From NCBI GenBank assembly GCA_963821235.1, contig CAWGCS010000001.1, forward strand, positions 46,804 through 110,803: 64,000 nucleotides of DNA. The letters run 5' to 3'. The notes under the pieces were generated by a model. That model did no database searches. It saw nothing but the letters and a program-made list of their open reading frames with translations, and was not told the origin of the DNA. The translations under genes were made by a program, and so were the position numbers. The stretch is from an uncultured Chloroflexia bacterium. Lineage in GTDB: Bacteria > Chloroflexota > Limnocylindria > Limnocylindrales > CSP1-4. How positions within the stretch are numbered: the first letter of the stretch is position 1; every line of letters starts with the position of its first letter. Positions 38,449 through 54,885 of the stretch are shown piece by piece.

Positions 38449-39168
38449 GTGGCTCATTCCCCCCGCGGCTGGACCGGCGCTCGGACGCCGTCCGGGAAGA
38501 AGCGGGTTCGCCAGGCAGAGCGGCGCGCCGCCATCAACGGCCCCCGCGTCTCCAGGGCCAAGACCCTCGTCTCCAAGACGCTCAAGATCGCCACAGGCCT
38601 CGCCGAGGGCGACGCGACCGTCTCGCTCGCCGAGGCGTTCTCGGCGCTCGACAAGGCCGCCAAGATCGGGGCCATCCACCCCAACGCCGCGGCACGGCGC
38701 AAGTCGCGCCTGGCCATGAAGGTCGGGGCCGCGCTCGGCGGGGCCGCCGTCCAGGCCGGAGCCAAGTCGACCAAGACCACGGGGACGGCCGCCGCGGCGA
38801 AGGCCGCCAGGGCCCGCATCGCGGCCGGCAAGGCCGCCAAGGCGAAGGGCGCCCAGACGGCTGCCGGCAAGGCGCGCGCCGCCCTCGCCAGGGCCGGCCG
38901 GACCGACGCCGAGACCCCGAAGCTGACCGCCGCCGTCGCCGCCGAGGCGCCGGCCGCCAAGGTGCGGACGACGCGGGCGAAGGCCGCCGCGGCCGCCACC
39001 GAGAAGCCGGCCGCGAAGGCACCGGCCAAGGCCGCGGCCTCGAAGACCTCGGCCAAGGCACCGGCCAAGAAGGCGCCGGCGAAGGCACCGGCGAAGGCCG
39101 CCGCGGCCGAGAAGCCGGCGGCCATGAAGGCCCCGGCGAAGAAGCCGGCGGCCAAGAAGGCCGAGTAG
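38449..39168 (+). CDS. rpsT: 30S ribosomal protein S20 with a ~150-aa Ala/Lys/Pro-rich histone-H1-like C-terminal tail
   Basis: The N-terminal ~90 aa ([14 protein letters not shown]...[14 protein letters not shown]) match S20. A low-complexity [11 protein letters not shown] tail follows. GTG start; the TAG stop is followed by an intrinsic terminator. Confidence 0.8.
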   Translation: MAHSPRGWTGARTPSGKKRVRQAERRAAINGPRVSRAKTLVSKTLKIATGLAEGDATVSLAEAFSALDKAAKIGAIHPNAAARRKSRLAMKVGAALGGAAVQAGAKSTKTTGTAAAAKAARARIAAGKAAKAKGAQTAAGKARAALARAGRTDAETPKLTAAVAAEAPAAKVRTTRAKAAAAATEKPAAKAPAKAAASKTSAKAPAKKAPAKAPAKAAAAEKPAAMKAPAKKPAAKKAE

Positions 39169-39198
39169 GCCGCCCGCCCTCCCCTCCTCTGCAGCACC

Positions 39199-39235
39199 TC
39201 GACCCCCGGGTCCCGACCCGGGGGTCGTTCGTTTC
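39199..39235 (+). terminator. rho-independent terminator after rpsT (CGACCCCCGGGTC-cc-GACCCGGGGGTCG followed by TTCGTTT)
   Basis: Perfect 12-13-bp stem plus a T-rich tract, 30 nt after the rpsT stop. Confidence 0.6.
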
Positions 39236-39298
39236 CCAGGTCCTGGGCCGTGGCGTGGGAGATCGGCGACGCCCCGACGCGGTTCGTAGACTTGCGGG

Positions 39299-40207
39299 AT
39301 GCCCATCGCCGCGATCGCCCTTGTCCTCGCGTCCTCGTTCTTCCACGTCGCCTGGAACACGCTCGTCAAGACGGCCGGCGATCCGCTCGCGACCGCGACC
39401 CGCGCGGTCGGGCTCGGCGTGCTCGTGGCGACGCCGATCGTTGCCGTGGCCTGGCTGGCGACCGGGCGTCCCACCCTCGAGCCGGAGGGCTGGCTCATCG
39501 CGGTCCTCTCGGGGATCGTCTCGGCCGCCTACTTCGTGCCGCTCTCGGCCGCCTACCAGCGCGGCGCCCTCTCGTCGGTCTACCCGGTCGCGCGCGGCTC
39601 GGGCGCCTTCCTCGGGGCGATCGTCGGGGTGGTGATCCTCGACGAGCACCTCGCACCGTCCGGGGCCCTCGGCGTGGCCTTCCTGCTGGGCGGTACGCTC
39701 ACCGCCGCGCTCGCCGCCGCGTCCCGGCAGACCGTGGTCCCGGCCCTCCTCGCCGGCTGCGCGGTCGCCGGCTACTCGGCGCTGGACCGGGTCGGCGTGC
39801 GCACGGGCCCCGCCTGGCTCTACGCCTGGGCCCTCTGGACCGTCTGCGCCCTCGGGCTCGTGGCCTGGGCACGGGTCATGCAGGGCGTGCGCCAGCGGCG
39901 CGCGACGGCCGCCCTGCGAGCGGCGCCCCTTCCCGGCGTCCCGGTTCCGGCGGACCCGCCGGACAATCGCCCCGGGCTCGCCCGGCCGCTGGCGGCGGGC
40001 ATCCTCATCATCGGGACCTACTTCCTGATCCTCCTCGCCTTCCAGATCGCCCCGCTGGCGGGCGTCGCTCCACTCCGCGAGGCGACGACCATCCTCGCCG
40101 CGGCGTGGGGGGTGATCGCCCTCGGCGAGCGCGAGCGGGCCGGCTGGCGCCTGGCCGGCGCCGGGGCGGTCGCGGTGGGGGCCATCCTGCTCGCCGCGGG
40201 CGGCTGA
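39299..40207 (+). CDS. DMT-superfamily (EamA-like) transporter
   Basis: 302 aa, about 10 TM, with the two-EamA-repeat architecture. Confidence 0.7.
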   Translation: MPIAAIALVLASSFFHVAWNTLVKTAGDPLATATRAVGLGVLVATPIVAVAWLATGRPTLEPEGWLIAVLSGIVSAAYFVPLSAAYQRGALSSVYPVARGSGAFLGAIVGVVILDEHLAPSGALGVAFLLGGTLTAALAAASRQTVVPALLAGCAVAGYSALDRVGVRTGPAWLYAWALWTVCALGLVAWARVMQGVRQRRATAALRAAPLPGVPVPADPPDNRPGLARPLAAGILIIGTYFLILLAFQIAPLAGVAPLREATTILAAAWGVIALGERERAGWRLAGAGAVAVGAILLAAGG

Positions 40208-40211
40208 CCGG

Positions 40212-41172
40212 TCAGGGACGGCGCTCGGCTCCCGGGATCGGCGCGGCCAGCCACGAGCGCGTTCCCTCGTAGGCGCAGGACGCGCTGGCGACGCGAGCTC
40301 CCTCGGCGAGGGCGGCCACCAGGTCGTCGGTCGTCGAGGCGTCACCCGGCTCGGCGGCCAGGAGCGCGGCCATGACGCCGTGCAGCACGTCGCCGGCGCC
40401 GAGCGTGTCGATCACCTCGCCGGCCGGGACCTCCAGGCTGCCCGTCCGGCCGGCCGCGTCCCGCCAGCGGATCGGATCCGACCCGGCGGTGATCGCCGCG
40501 AACCGGGCCCCGCGGGCCAGGATCGCCCGCAGGACGCCGTCGGCAGCCGGCCCGGCGCCGGGTGGCCGGAAGGCGGCCGACGCCACCACGGCGTCGGCAC
40601 CCGGGATCAGCTCGTCGAAGGCCGGGCGCCACGTCCCGCCATCGAGCAGGAGGCGGATCCCGCGCGCCCGCGCGGCGCGAGCGAGCGGCACGGCGAGCGC
40701 CCGATGGTGGCCGTCGGCGAGCACGATGCGGGCGCCGTCGAGGAGCTCCGCCACGAGCCGCTGGCCGGCGGCCTCAGGAGCGCCCGCCGTCGAGCGATCG
40801 GTGTGCGAGACGACGGCACGGGCGCCGGTCCCCGTGGTGACGAGGATGGCGGCCACGGTCGGCGGCGCGGCGCGACCCGGATCAGCGTCGACCACGGCCA
40901 CGCCGTTGGCCTGCAGGTCGAGGAGGGCCGCCGCGGCCAGGGGATGGCCGCCGAGCACTGCGAGGAGGCGCGGCCTCCCGCCGGCCCAGGCGAAGGCGAC
41001 CGCGGCATTGGCCGCCGGACCGCCGGCCACCACGAGCTGCGAGGTCGCCACGACCTTCTCGTCGGGACCGGGGACGTGCTCCACGCCTAGGACGAGGTCC
41101 AGCGTGGCGAGCCCGACGAAGGCGCCGACGGGCGCCCCCTGCGATCCGACAGCCGGATCACGGGGGCTCACG
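40212..41172 (-). CDS. PfkB-family carbohydrate/nucleoside kinase
   Basis: The C-terminal ~320 aa of ORF 40212..41663 carry the ribokinase-like fold and the C-terminal anion-hole motif DTLGAGD. The GTG start was chosen just after the upstream gene's stop; the start is uncertain. Confidence 0.65.
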
Positions 41173-41188
41173 GCGGGACGGTCCCCTG

Positions 41189-41773
41189 TCAGGCCGGTGG
41201 GAGCGTCGCAGGGCGGTCGGTCGGTGCGACCGGGGCGGCCTTGGGACGGGCCACCGCGTAGACCGCCGCCCCGCCGAGGCCGCCGAGGAACGCGAGGACG
41301 AGGACAGTGCCGGCCGTCCCCAGCTGCTCCCGCCAGTAGAAGGCGCTGAACTCGTCGACGTTGGTGACGCCGGCGGCCACGAAGTCGGGGCCCTTGCCCT
41401 CGGCCAGGTAGCGGGCGTAGACGCAGCCCGCGCCCGTGTCGCAGCCGGTCAGCGGACCGCCGTCGGCGGCTCCCCGGTAGCCGTTGTCGGCGCTGAAGAA
41501 GATCCCCTTCGTCAGGAGGAAGAGGAGGGCCAGCGTCGCCGCGGTCAGGAGGCCGGCGTAGGCGCCGTTGGCGAGGATGCGCCGCCACGGCCCGGCCTGG
41601 CGGTTCGACCTGGCATTGGCGTAGTAGCCGATGAGGAGCCCGGCCGGGAAGGCGAGAAGCCACAGGACGGGCTCGATCGGGATGACCAGCAGGAAGCTGA
41701 CCGCGATCGTGACGGCCATGCCCACGCCGACCCAGCCGGCGTAGATCGCGCCCCGATCGACGAAGCGCTTCAC
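41189..41773 (-). CDS. membrane protein of unknown function (4 TM)
   Basis: 194 aa, hydrophobic, GTG start. Ends 17 nt before the PfkB kinase. Confidence 0.5.
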   Translation of the reverse strand: MKRFVDRGAIYAGWVGVGMAVTIAVSFLLVIPIEPVLWLLAFPAGLLIGYYANARSNRQAGPWRRILANGAYAGLLTAATLALLFLLTKGIFFSADNGYRGAADGGPLTGCDTGAGCVYARYLAEGKGPDFVAAGVTNVDEFSAFYWREQLGTAGTVLVLAFLGGLGGAAVYAVARPKAAPVAPTDRPATLPPA

Positions 41774-41840
41774 GCGGCGGCCGCCGACTGGCGGGCGGCG
41801 CCGACCGGTCGCCCGGCCGGCGCCGCGAGGAGCGACATGG

Positions 41841-44386
<2,546 letters not shown>

Positions 44387-44416
44387 GGTGGCGTGTCCTG
44401 TGGGTCGATCGGGAGA

Positions 44417-45427
44417 CTAGATGCCCTTCGCGATCATGAACTTCACGAGGTCGGCCACGCGGCAGCTGTAGCCCCACTCGTTGTCGTACCAGGCGATGAC
44501 CTTCACGAAGTTGCCGCCGAGCGACATCGTCGAGGCCGCGTCGATGATCGAGCTGCGCTCGTCGCCGCGGAAGTCGGAGGAGACCAGCGGCTCGTCGGAG
44601 ACGCCGAGGATGCCCTTCATGGGGCCGGCGGCCGCGGCGCGGAAGGCGGCGTTCAGCTCCTCGACCGAGGCGTCCTTCTCCAGCTCCGCGGTGAAGTCGA
44701 CCACCGAGACGGTCGGGGTGGGCACGCGCAGGCTGAAGCCGTCGAACTTGCCCTTCAGGTCGGGGATGACGAGGGCGAGGGCCTTCGCGGCGCCCGTCGT
44801 GGTCGGGATGATGTTCAGGCCGGCCGCCCGCGCCCGCCGCGGGTCCTTGTGGGCCACGTCGAGGATCCGTTGGTCGTTGGTGTACGAGTGGATCGTGTTC
44901 ATGAGGCCACGCCTGATCGTCCAGCCGTCGTGGACGACCTTGGCCGCCGGAGCCAGGCAGTTCGTCGTGCAGCTGGCGTTGCTGACGATGTGATGCTTGG
45001 CCGGGTCGTAGGCGTCGTCGTTGACGCCGAGGACGATCGTGACGTCCTCCTTCTTGGCAGGGGCGCTAATGAGCACCTTCTTGGCGCCGGCGTCGAGGTG
45101 CGCGCGGGCCTTGTCGGCATCGGTGAAGCGGCCGGTGGACTCGATGACCAGGTCGACGCCGAGGGCCTTCCAGGGCAGGCTCGCCGGGTCGAGCTCCTTG
45201 AGGACCTTGATCTCCTTGCCGTCGACGATGATCGCGTCCTCGTCGTGGGTGACCGTCCCCGGATAGGCCCCGTAGGTCGAGTCGTGCTTGAAGAGGAGTG
45301 CGTTCATCGCGACGTCGACGATATCGTTGACGGCGACGACCTCGACCTCCGGGGCGCGCTCGATGAGGGCCTTCAGGGACTGCCGGCCGATCCGGCCGAA
45401 CCCGTTGATGCCGACGCGAACAGACAT
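44417..45427 (-). CDS. gap: type I glyceraldehyde-3-phosphate dehydrogenase
   Basis: [14 protein letters not shown]-binding motif and catalytic [16 protein letters not shown]. Confidence 0.9.
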   Translation of the reverse strand: MSVRVGINGFGRIGRQSLKALIERAPEVEVVAVNDIVDVAMNALLFKHDSTYGAYPGTVTHDEDAIIVDGKEIKVLKELDPASLPWKALGVDLVIESTGRFTDADKARAHLDAGAKKVLISAPAKKEDVTIVLGVNDDAYDPAKHHIVSNASCTTNCLAPAAKVVHDGWTIRRGLMNTIHSYTNDQRILDVAHKDPRRARAAGLNIIPTTTGAAKALALVIPDLKGKFDGFSLRVPTPTVSVVDFTAELEKDASVEELNAAFRAAAAGPMKGILGVSDEPLVSSDFRGDERSSIIDAASTMSLGGNFVKVIAWYDNEWGYSCRVADLVKFMIAKGI

Positions 45428-45469
45428 GGAACGAACCTCCGCTGTGCGGTTATGCAGGTCAGCACGAAG

Positions 45470-45490
45470 CGACCGTCGTCACGACGGTCG
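45470..45490. promoter_or_regulatory. perfect 21-bp palindrome CGACCGTCGT-C-ACGACGGTCG, 43 bp upstream of gap
   Basis: Read from the sequence. A candidate operator for a dimeric regulator of the gap-pgk-eno operon. Confidence 0.4.
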
Positions 45491-45818
45491 CGCTGGATGG
45501 GGGCGCGAGGAGGACCCGGGCGCAGGCGCCCGCCCCGACGGGGGCCACGCGGGCGCTCGGGAGACGGGATCCCGTCGGAACGGACATCGGCGGCACCAGC
45601 GAGCGGGCCGCCGAGATCAAGGGCGGATGAGAGCCTCGGGGACACGGAACCTCGTCGTAGCGGCGGGAACCGTGCGCATTCTATCAAGGCCCTCGGGCGG
45701 GCCCGGCGGGCCGAGCGGCCCACGGTCGCGGTCCGAACGTCCCGCAGCGGCGGAGCCGGAAACGCAGCGAGCCCCCGCCGTCACCGGCGAGGGCTCGCGT
45801 CTGCGTCGAGAAGGTCGG

Positions 45819-45959
45819 TCAGCCGCCGATCTTGAACATCTTGGTGCCGCACACCGGGCACACGCCCGAGAGCGCCGGCTTGCCGTTCTTCATCGTGATC
45901 TTCTGCGGGTTCTTGACCTCGCGCTTCGCCTTGCACTTGACGCAGTAGGCCTCGGCCAC
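45819..45959 (-). CDS. small zinc-ribbon protein (46 aa; C-x2-C...C-x2-C), not present in the ORF track
   Basis: Manual translation gives (V)AEAYCVKCKAKREVKNPQKITMKNGKPALSGVCPVCGTKMFKIGG*. GTG start with GGGAGG 9 nt upstream. It resembles a conserved actinobacterial small-protein family, but that assignment is from memory. Confidence 0.55.
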   Translation of the reverse strand: MAEAYCVKCKAKREVKNPQKITMKNGKPALSGVCPVCGTKMFKIGG

Positions 45960-46129
45960 TCCAGGAGCCTCCCTTCACCAGCTTTGGACGTCGCAGGGCC
46001 CACCGCCCGACGCTCGTCCCTCGAAACGAGACTGGCTTCGGGGCCGGGGCTGCCTGTTCGCCGCGAGCGCGGCTTCGTGCTCCGACGGCCCGAAACTCGC
46101 GCGAGCATAGTCACGCCCGATCACGAGCG

Positions 46130-49656
<3,527 letters not shown>

Positions 49657-49854
49657 TGGACGACCTCCGGGGCGGGTCAGGCCGGCGGGCGTGACGGCCC
49701 ACGTGTACCATGCCGCCCTCACCGCAGGCTCACCTCCCCCTTATCGGACGGATCCGGCGGCGCCCCGGCACCCGCGGTAGGATTCGCGCGCCGCGGCCGT
49801 CCGAGCCATCGCGACGGGCACTCCGCCGGCAATCCGTCGACTCGAGGAGGACAC

Positions 49855-50538
49855 GTGGCCCGCGCCAAGAGGACCGAGCGCGCCGAAGCCCGCCGCCGGC
49901 ATCGCGTCGCGAGCACCGGGGAGGACGGCCAGGTCGCAGCCGACGTCGCAGCCATCCCGGCGGCGGCCCTTCCGCGTGGATCCCGCGAGCGGCGCCCGCC
50001 GAATGCGGAGCCTGCGGCGGCCCAGGCGCGGGGCAGCTTCCTCGGCTCGCTCCGGACGGCGGCCAGCCCGGCCGACGTGCGCGGCGACCTGAAGGCGTTC
50101 CCCTCGGTGCTCCTCCGGTCGAAGGCCGGGTGGGTCCCGGGCCTGGTGATCGCCGCAACCGCCGGCGCGCTCCTGATCCCGACGCTTGCCTCGAACCAGC
50201 TCATCGTGCTGGCGGGCAACGTGGTCCTCCAGCCGCCGCCGATGATCATCGCCTTCCTCGCCGGGATGCTCGCCCCGCGGGCCGGGTGGCTGATGGGCGG
50301 CCTCATGAGCCTCGTGGCCGGCCTCGCCTACGTCATCGTGGTCGCCGTCAACACGGACGTCCTGGTCACGCCCCTCGGGTTCACCTACGTGGTGTCCGCC
50401 GACCAGAAGCTCGGGTACGCCCAGAACGTCCTCCTCACGGCGCCGGTCTTCGGGGTCGCCGTCGGGGCCTTCGCCGGCTTCTACCGGCGCTTCCTGAGCA
50501 TGTCCTCGCCGCAGCGGCAGCCGGCCCGGCGCCGCTGA
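49855..50538 (+). CDS. membrane protein with a basic N-terminal region and a 4-TM C-terminal half, unknown function
   Basis: GTG at 49855 with GAGGAGG upstream. The listed ORF start at 49645 would overlap the start of the divergent LTD gene. Confidence 0.5.
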   Translation: MARAKRTERAEARRRHRVASTGEDGQVAADVAAIPAAALPRGSRERRPPNAEPAAAQARGSFLGSLRTAASPADVRGDLKAFPSVLLRSKAGWVPGLVIAATAGALLIPTLASNQLIVLAGNVVLQPPPMIIAFLAGMLAPRAGWLMGGLMSLVAGLAYVIVVAVNTDVLVTPLGFTYVVSADQKLGYAQNVLLTAPVFGVAVGAFAGFYRRFLSMSSPQRQPARRR

Positions 50539-50611
50539 CGCTTCTCGCGCGACCTCGCCGGGCGGCACCGCCCGCCCGGCATCGCTCGCGCGCGCCTCCC
50601 GTGGGCACGCA

Positions 50612-53600
50612 TCAGCCGGACCGCCGCGTACCGGCGCAGCCGAGCTGGCGGACCCCGTCCGGCCGGTCCGGCCCGCCGACGCGACGCGCCTCGTCCACGA
50701 GCGGCCGCACGTCCCGGGCGACGACGTTCACCACGCTGGACTCGCGCTGCAGGATCCCGTCGACGACGAGGAGGGCGTTCCGCCGGACGACCCCGCGGAG
50801 GCGGGCCCAGGCGTCCGGCCAGAGCGTGACGTTGACCATCCCGGTCTCGTCCTCGAGGGCCAGGAAGACCGCGCCCTTCGCCGTCATCGGGTGCTGCCGC
50901 GTGACGACGAGCCCACCCAGGCGGACCGGCCCTGGCCGCCGCTCGGCGAGGGCGGCGCTCGGCACGGCCCCCAGCGCCTCGAGGGCCGGCCTGAAGAGGG
51001 CGACCACATGGCGCCGCGCATCGAGCGAGAGGATCGCGTAGGCGTCGCCGAGCCGCTCGAGCTCGGACAGCGGCGGGAGGTCTGGCGCGGGCGACGCCGG
51101 CAGGCGCAGGTCGATCGGCCGCCCCGCCACCCGTCCCCCGCCCCGCGGGGCTCCCCGGGCCGGCCTGGCCGTCTCCCGGAGCTGCCAGAGGAGCTCGCGT
51201 CGCGGCCGCTCCAGGGAGTCGAGCGCACCGGCCCGGATCATCCGGTCCAGGACCACCTCGGGAAGCCCCGTCCGCTCCACGACGTCGGCGAGGGACGTGT
51301 ACCGGCCGCGCGCCCGCTCCGCGTCGAGGTGGGCGGCATGCTCCTCGCCGATTCCCTTCACGAGGTGGAGCCCGAGCCGGACGCCCCAGCCGACGGCGCT
51401 CTCCGCGGCCCACCGCCCGCGCGCATCGTAGGAGGGAATGACGCAGGCGGGCGAGCGGACCGGGCGGGGCCGGGCGGCGATCCCCAGGTCGGGCGGGAGG
51501 GGCTCGCCGGGATCAAGATCGCGGCGGCCGCCGTCGCCCGCCGGCCCCGCCAGCGCCCAGCCGGGCCGGCCGGCCCACTCGGTCGTCGTCCGGTACGACG
51601 AGGCGTTGACATCGACCGCGAGGACGGCCACCCCGTGTCGCTTCGCGTCGTTGACCAGGACCTCCACCGGGTAGAAGCCCATCGGCTGGGCGTTGACGAG
51701 GCCGACGAGGAACTGGGCCGGGTAGAAGAGCTTGAGGAACGACGATTCGTAGGCGGTGCGGGCGAACGCCGCCGCGTGGCTCTTGGCGAAGCCGAAGCTG
51801 GCGAACCCGGCGACCTGCCGGTAGAGCTCCTCCCCGTCGTCGCGGGGCATCCCCTGGCCGGCGACGCAGCCGTCGACGAACCGGGCGTGGAGCTTCTCCA
51901 TCTCGGCCGGCGAGCGCCACGTCCCCATGGCCCGGCGGAACCCGTCGGATTCTCCCGGGCTGAAGCCGGCGACCTCGATCGCGATCCGCATCACCTGCTC
52001 CTGGTAGAGGATCACCCCGAGCGAATCGCGGAGGACCGGCTCCAGCGAGGGGTGGAGGTAGGCGACCGGCTCGAGCCCCTGCTTGCGGCGCAGGTAGGGG
52101 TGGACCGCGTTCCCCTGGATGGGGCCGGGGCGGATGATCGCCACCTCCACGACGAGGTCGTCGAGGCAGGCCGGCCGCGACTTGGGGAGGGTCTGCATCT
52201 GGGCCCGGCTCTCGACCTGGAAGACGCCCACGGTGTCGGCGGCCTGGAGCATGCCGAAGACCTCGGGGATCTCCTCGGGGAGCCGGTCGAGGTCGACGCA
52301 GGTCCCGCAGTCGTGCTCGATGAGCTGGATGGTCTCGTCGATCGCGGCCAGCATCCCCAGCCCGAGCAGGTCGAGCTTGATCAGCTTGAGGGTCTCGACG
52401 TCGCGCTTGTCGAACTGGACGACGACCCGGCCGGGCATCGTCGCCCGCTCCAGCGGGGCGATGTCGACGAGCGGGGCGGCCGTCACGAGCATCCCGCCGG
52501 TGTGGATGGAGAGGTGCCGGGGGAACCCGTCGATCCGGGCACAGAGCTCGAGCCAGCGTTCCCAGGGAGACATCCCGACCGTGCTCCCGCCGCGCGGGGC
52601 AGGCGGAGGCTCGGGGATGATCCGGGCCACCGACGAGGCTCGCCCGCCGGCCGGGCCCGGGAATGGGTCGAAGTGGCGCGGCCGGCCGAGTCGGTCGACG
52701 CTCCGCGTGGGCGGCGCGAGGACGCCCGACTCCGGGTCGATCCGCCGCCCGTCGATCGTGCCGGGCGGTCCGCTGGGAGCCCGCGGCGGGCCGGCCCCGG
52801 GACCGAAGGCGGGCATCGCCTCCCGGATCGGCCGGGCGACGATTGCCGGGGAGGCGGCCGCCGCGGCCGGCGGGCCGCCGCGGACGAGCCAGGCCACGCT
52901 CGCCGGGGAGTCCCCCGGCCCGCCCTTGTCGTCGGAGGTCCCGCCGGCACGGATCGCCGGGCTCGAGCCCGTCCCCGGCAGGATCCCGGTCCGGCGCGCG
53001 GCGTCCTCGGGGCCTGTCAGGCGACCGCGCGCGTGGTCGAGCCGGCCCATCCGGTCCACGAGGCCACGGTCGCCGGCCCGGGCGGCGGAGGCGTCGCCGT
53101 CGCGGGGCTCGTCGGGGCGGTGGAAGAACTCGGCGAAGCCGCCGTCCGCCTCGAGGTCGCGCCTGACCATCACCGAGTCGTAGGTCTCGAGCGCCTTCGC
53201 CACGCGATCGACGAGCGGACGCGGGAAGCCGAGGGCGTAGCCGACCTCGCGGACCGCGCTCCGAGCCCGGTAGGTCACGAGGTTGCAGACCATCCCGGTG
53301 TGCTCGGTCCCGTACCGCTCGTAGACGTACTGGATGACCTCCTCGCGGCGCTCGGAGCTGAAGTCGATGTCGACGTCCGGGTACGTCGTGCGGCCCTCGT
53401 TGATGAACCGCTCGAAGAGGAGGTTGTGGCGGATCGGGTCGACCCGGGTGATCCCCAGCACGTAGGCGACGATCGAATCCGCGGCGCTGCCGCGCCCCTG
53501 GGCGGGGATGCGGCGCTCCTTGGCGAAGCGCATGAGGTCCCAGCAGATGAGGAAGAACTCGGCCAGCCCGGTTCGCTCGATCACGTCGAGCTCGTGGGCG

Positions 53601-54817
53601 AGCTGCTTCACGACCGGCGGCGTCACCGGGTGGTAGCGCCGGCGCACCCCTCCGTGGCAGAGCTCGGCGAGGTACGAGAACGGCGTCTCGCCCGCGGGCA
53701 CCGGGAAGCCCGGGAAGCGGTAGTGCTCGAAGCCGAGGTCGACGCGGCAGGCAGCGGCCAGCTCGCCGGCGTTGGCGAGACCCTCCCGCCAGGCGGCGGC
53801 CGTCGCGGGGTCCGCCGCCTCGTCCCCCGGCGGCAGCGCCGCCAGCTCGGCACCCGACTTCAGGTAGTGCTCCCCGCTCGGGGTCCGCAGCTCGGCGAGC
53901 GTCTCCACCGTCCGCCCGTGCCGGATCGCCGTGAGGACGTCGTGGAGCTCGCGGTCCTCGGGGCGGGCGTAGCGGACGTCGTTGGCCACCACGACCGGCA
54001 GGCCGACCTCCCGGGCGAGCCGGGCGGTCTCCGCGACGAGCCAGTCGTCGCCCGGGAGCAGGTGGTGGGACAGCTCGAGGACGAAGCCCGCGCCGGCGAT
54101 CCCGCGGGCGGCCGGGCGGGCCGCTCCGTCGCGCGGGTCGAAGAGCCGGGCGTACCCTTCCGCGACCGCGCGGGCGCCCTCGCGATCGCCGGCGAGCAGC
54201 CGCCGGGCCAGCTCGCCGTGCCGGCACCCGGAGAGCGCGACGAGGCCCTCCGCATGATCGGCGAGGAGCGCCTGGGTGACCCGTGGCGCCGCCTTCGTGC
54301 CGGCGAGGTTCGCCCGCGAGATGAGGCGACAGAGGCTCCGATACCCGACGTCAGCCCGCGCCAGCAGGACGAGGTGCGGCCCGCGCTCCCCCGTCCCGAC
54401 GCCCCGATGGTCCTCCCTGACCGGCTCGCGATGGCCGGGGAGGCGGGCCCGCGCCGGCTGCGGTCGGGCCGGGAGCCCGCCCCGCGGGACCGCCTCGGCC
54501 GTCCCGACGGATCCCGACGCCCCGGCCGCCTGCCGCATCCGGGCCGGCCTGCGCCGCGCCGGGATCACGAGCCCATGGGGATCCGGGGCGAACGGATCGG
54601 CCAGCTCGACCTCGACGCCGATCACCGGGTGAAGACCGGCCTCCTCGGCGGCGGTGGCGAAGCGGACGACGCCGTAGAGCCCCTGCCGGTCAGTGACCGC
54701 GAGCGCGGGGAGGCCAAGCTCCAGGGCCCGCCCCACGAGGTCGGCCGCGCCGGAGGCCCCCTCGAGGAAGGAGAAGCTCGTGTGAGCGTGGAGCTCGGCA
54801 TAGGGCAGCACGGGCAT
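50612..54817 (-). CDS. dnaE2: error-prone DNA polymerase DnaE2 (ImuC), with three low-complexity insertions
   Basis: N-terminal PHP motif YAELHAHTSFSFLEGAS, the DnaE2-type signature rather than DnaE1. Pol III alpha palm/fingers motifs (LSIHTGGMLV, GLLKLDLLGLGML). 1401 aa. Start at MPVLPY (54817); the first 48 codons of the listed ORF are discarded. Confidence 0.85.
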   Translation of the reverse strand: MPVLPYAELHAHTSFSFLEGASGAADLVGRALELGLPALAVTDRQGLYGVVRFATAAEEAGLHPVIGVEVELADPFAPDPHGLVIPARRRPARMRQAAGASGSVGTAEAVPRGGLPARPQPARARLPGHREPVREDHRGVGTGERGPHLVLLARADVGYRSLCRLISRANLAGTKAAPRVTQALLADHAEGLVALSGCRHGELARRLLAGDREGARAVAEGYARLFDPRDGAARPAARGIAGAGFVLELSHHLLPGDDWLVAETARLAREVGLPVVVANDVRYARPEDRELHDVLTAIRHGRTVETLAELRTPSGEHYLKSGAELAALPPGDEAADPATAAAWREGLANAGELAAACRVDLGFEHYRFPGFPVPAGETPFSYLAELCHGGVRRRYHPVTPPVVKQLAHELDVIERTGLAEFFLICWDLMRFAKERRIPAQGRGSAADSIVAYVLGITRVDPIRHNLLFERFINEGRTTYPDVDIDFSSERREEVIQYVYERYGTEHTGMVCNLVTYRARSAVREVGYALGFPRPLVDRVAKALETYDSVMVRRDLEADGGFAEFFHRPDEPRDGDASAARAGDRGLVDRMGRLDHARGRLTGPEDAARRTGILPGTGSSPAIRAGGTSDDKGGPGDSPASVAWLVRGGPPAAAAASPAIVARPIREAMPAFGPGAGPPRAPSGPPGTIDGRRIDPESGVLAPPTRSVDRLGRPRHFDPFPGPAGGRASSVARIIPEPPPAPRGGSTVGMSPWERWLELCARIDGFPRHLSIHTGGMLVTAAPLVDIAPLERATMPGRVVVQFDKRDVETLKLIKLDLLGLGMLAAIDETIQLIEHDCGTCVDLDRLPEEIPEVFGMLQAADTVGVFQVESRAQMQTLPKSRPACLDDLVVEVAIIRPGPIQGNAVHPYLRRKQGLEPVAYLHPSLEPVLRDSLGVILYQEQVMRIAIEVAGFSPGESDGFRRAMGTWRSPAEMEKLHARFVDGCVAGQGMPRDDGEELYRQVAGFASFGFAKSHAAAFARTAYESSFLKLFYPAQFLVGLVNAQPMGFYPVEVLVNDAKRHGVAVLAVDVNASSYRTTTEWAGRPGWALAGPAGDGGRRDLDPGEPLPPDLGIAARPRPVRSPACVIPSYDARGRWAAESAVGWGVRLGLHLVKGIGEEHAAHLDAERARGRYTSLADVVERTGLPEVVLDRMIRAGALDSLERPRRELLWQLRETARPARGAPRGGGRVAGRPIDLRLPASPAPDLPPLSELERLGDAYAILSLDARRHVVALFRPALEALGAVPSAALAERRPGPVRLGGLVVTRQHPMTAKGAVFLALEDETGMVNVTLWPDAWARLRGVVRRNALLVVDGILQRESSVVNVVARDVRPLVDEARRVGGPDRPDGVRQLGCAGTRRSG

Positions 54818-54885
54818 GGGACCACCCCGGGAGCGGCGGAAGGACGGCGGCGCGGCCGTCGCGGCGGCGGGGCAGGGATCAAGAT

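Noticed and set aside
38454-39197. 247-codon minus-strand ORF
   Set aside because: It is the mirror image of the low-complexity rpsT tail and has no start or SD support.
45781-45978. Listed 65-codon minus-strand ORF
   Set aside because: Wrong frame. The conserved zinc-ribbon peptide is encoded in a different frame at 45819..45959.
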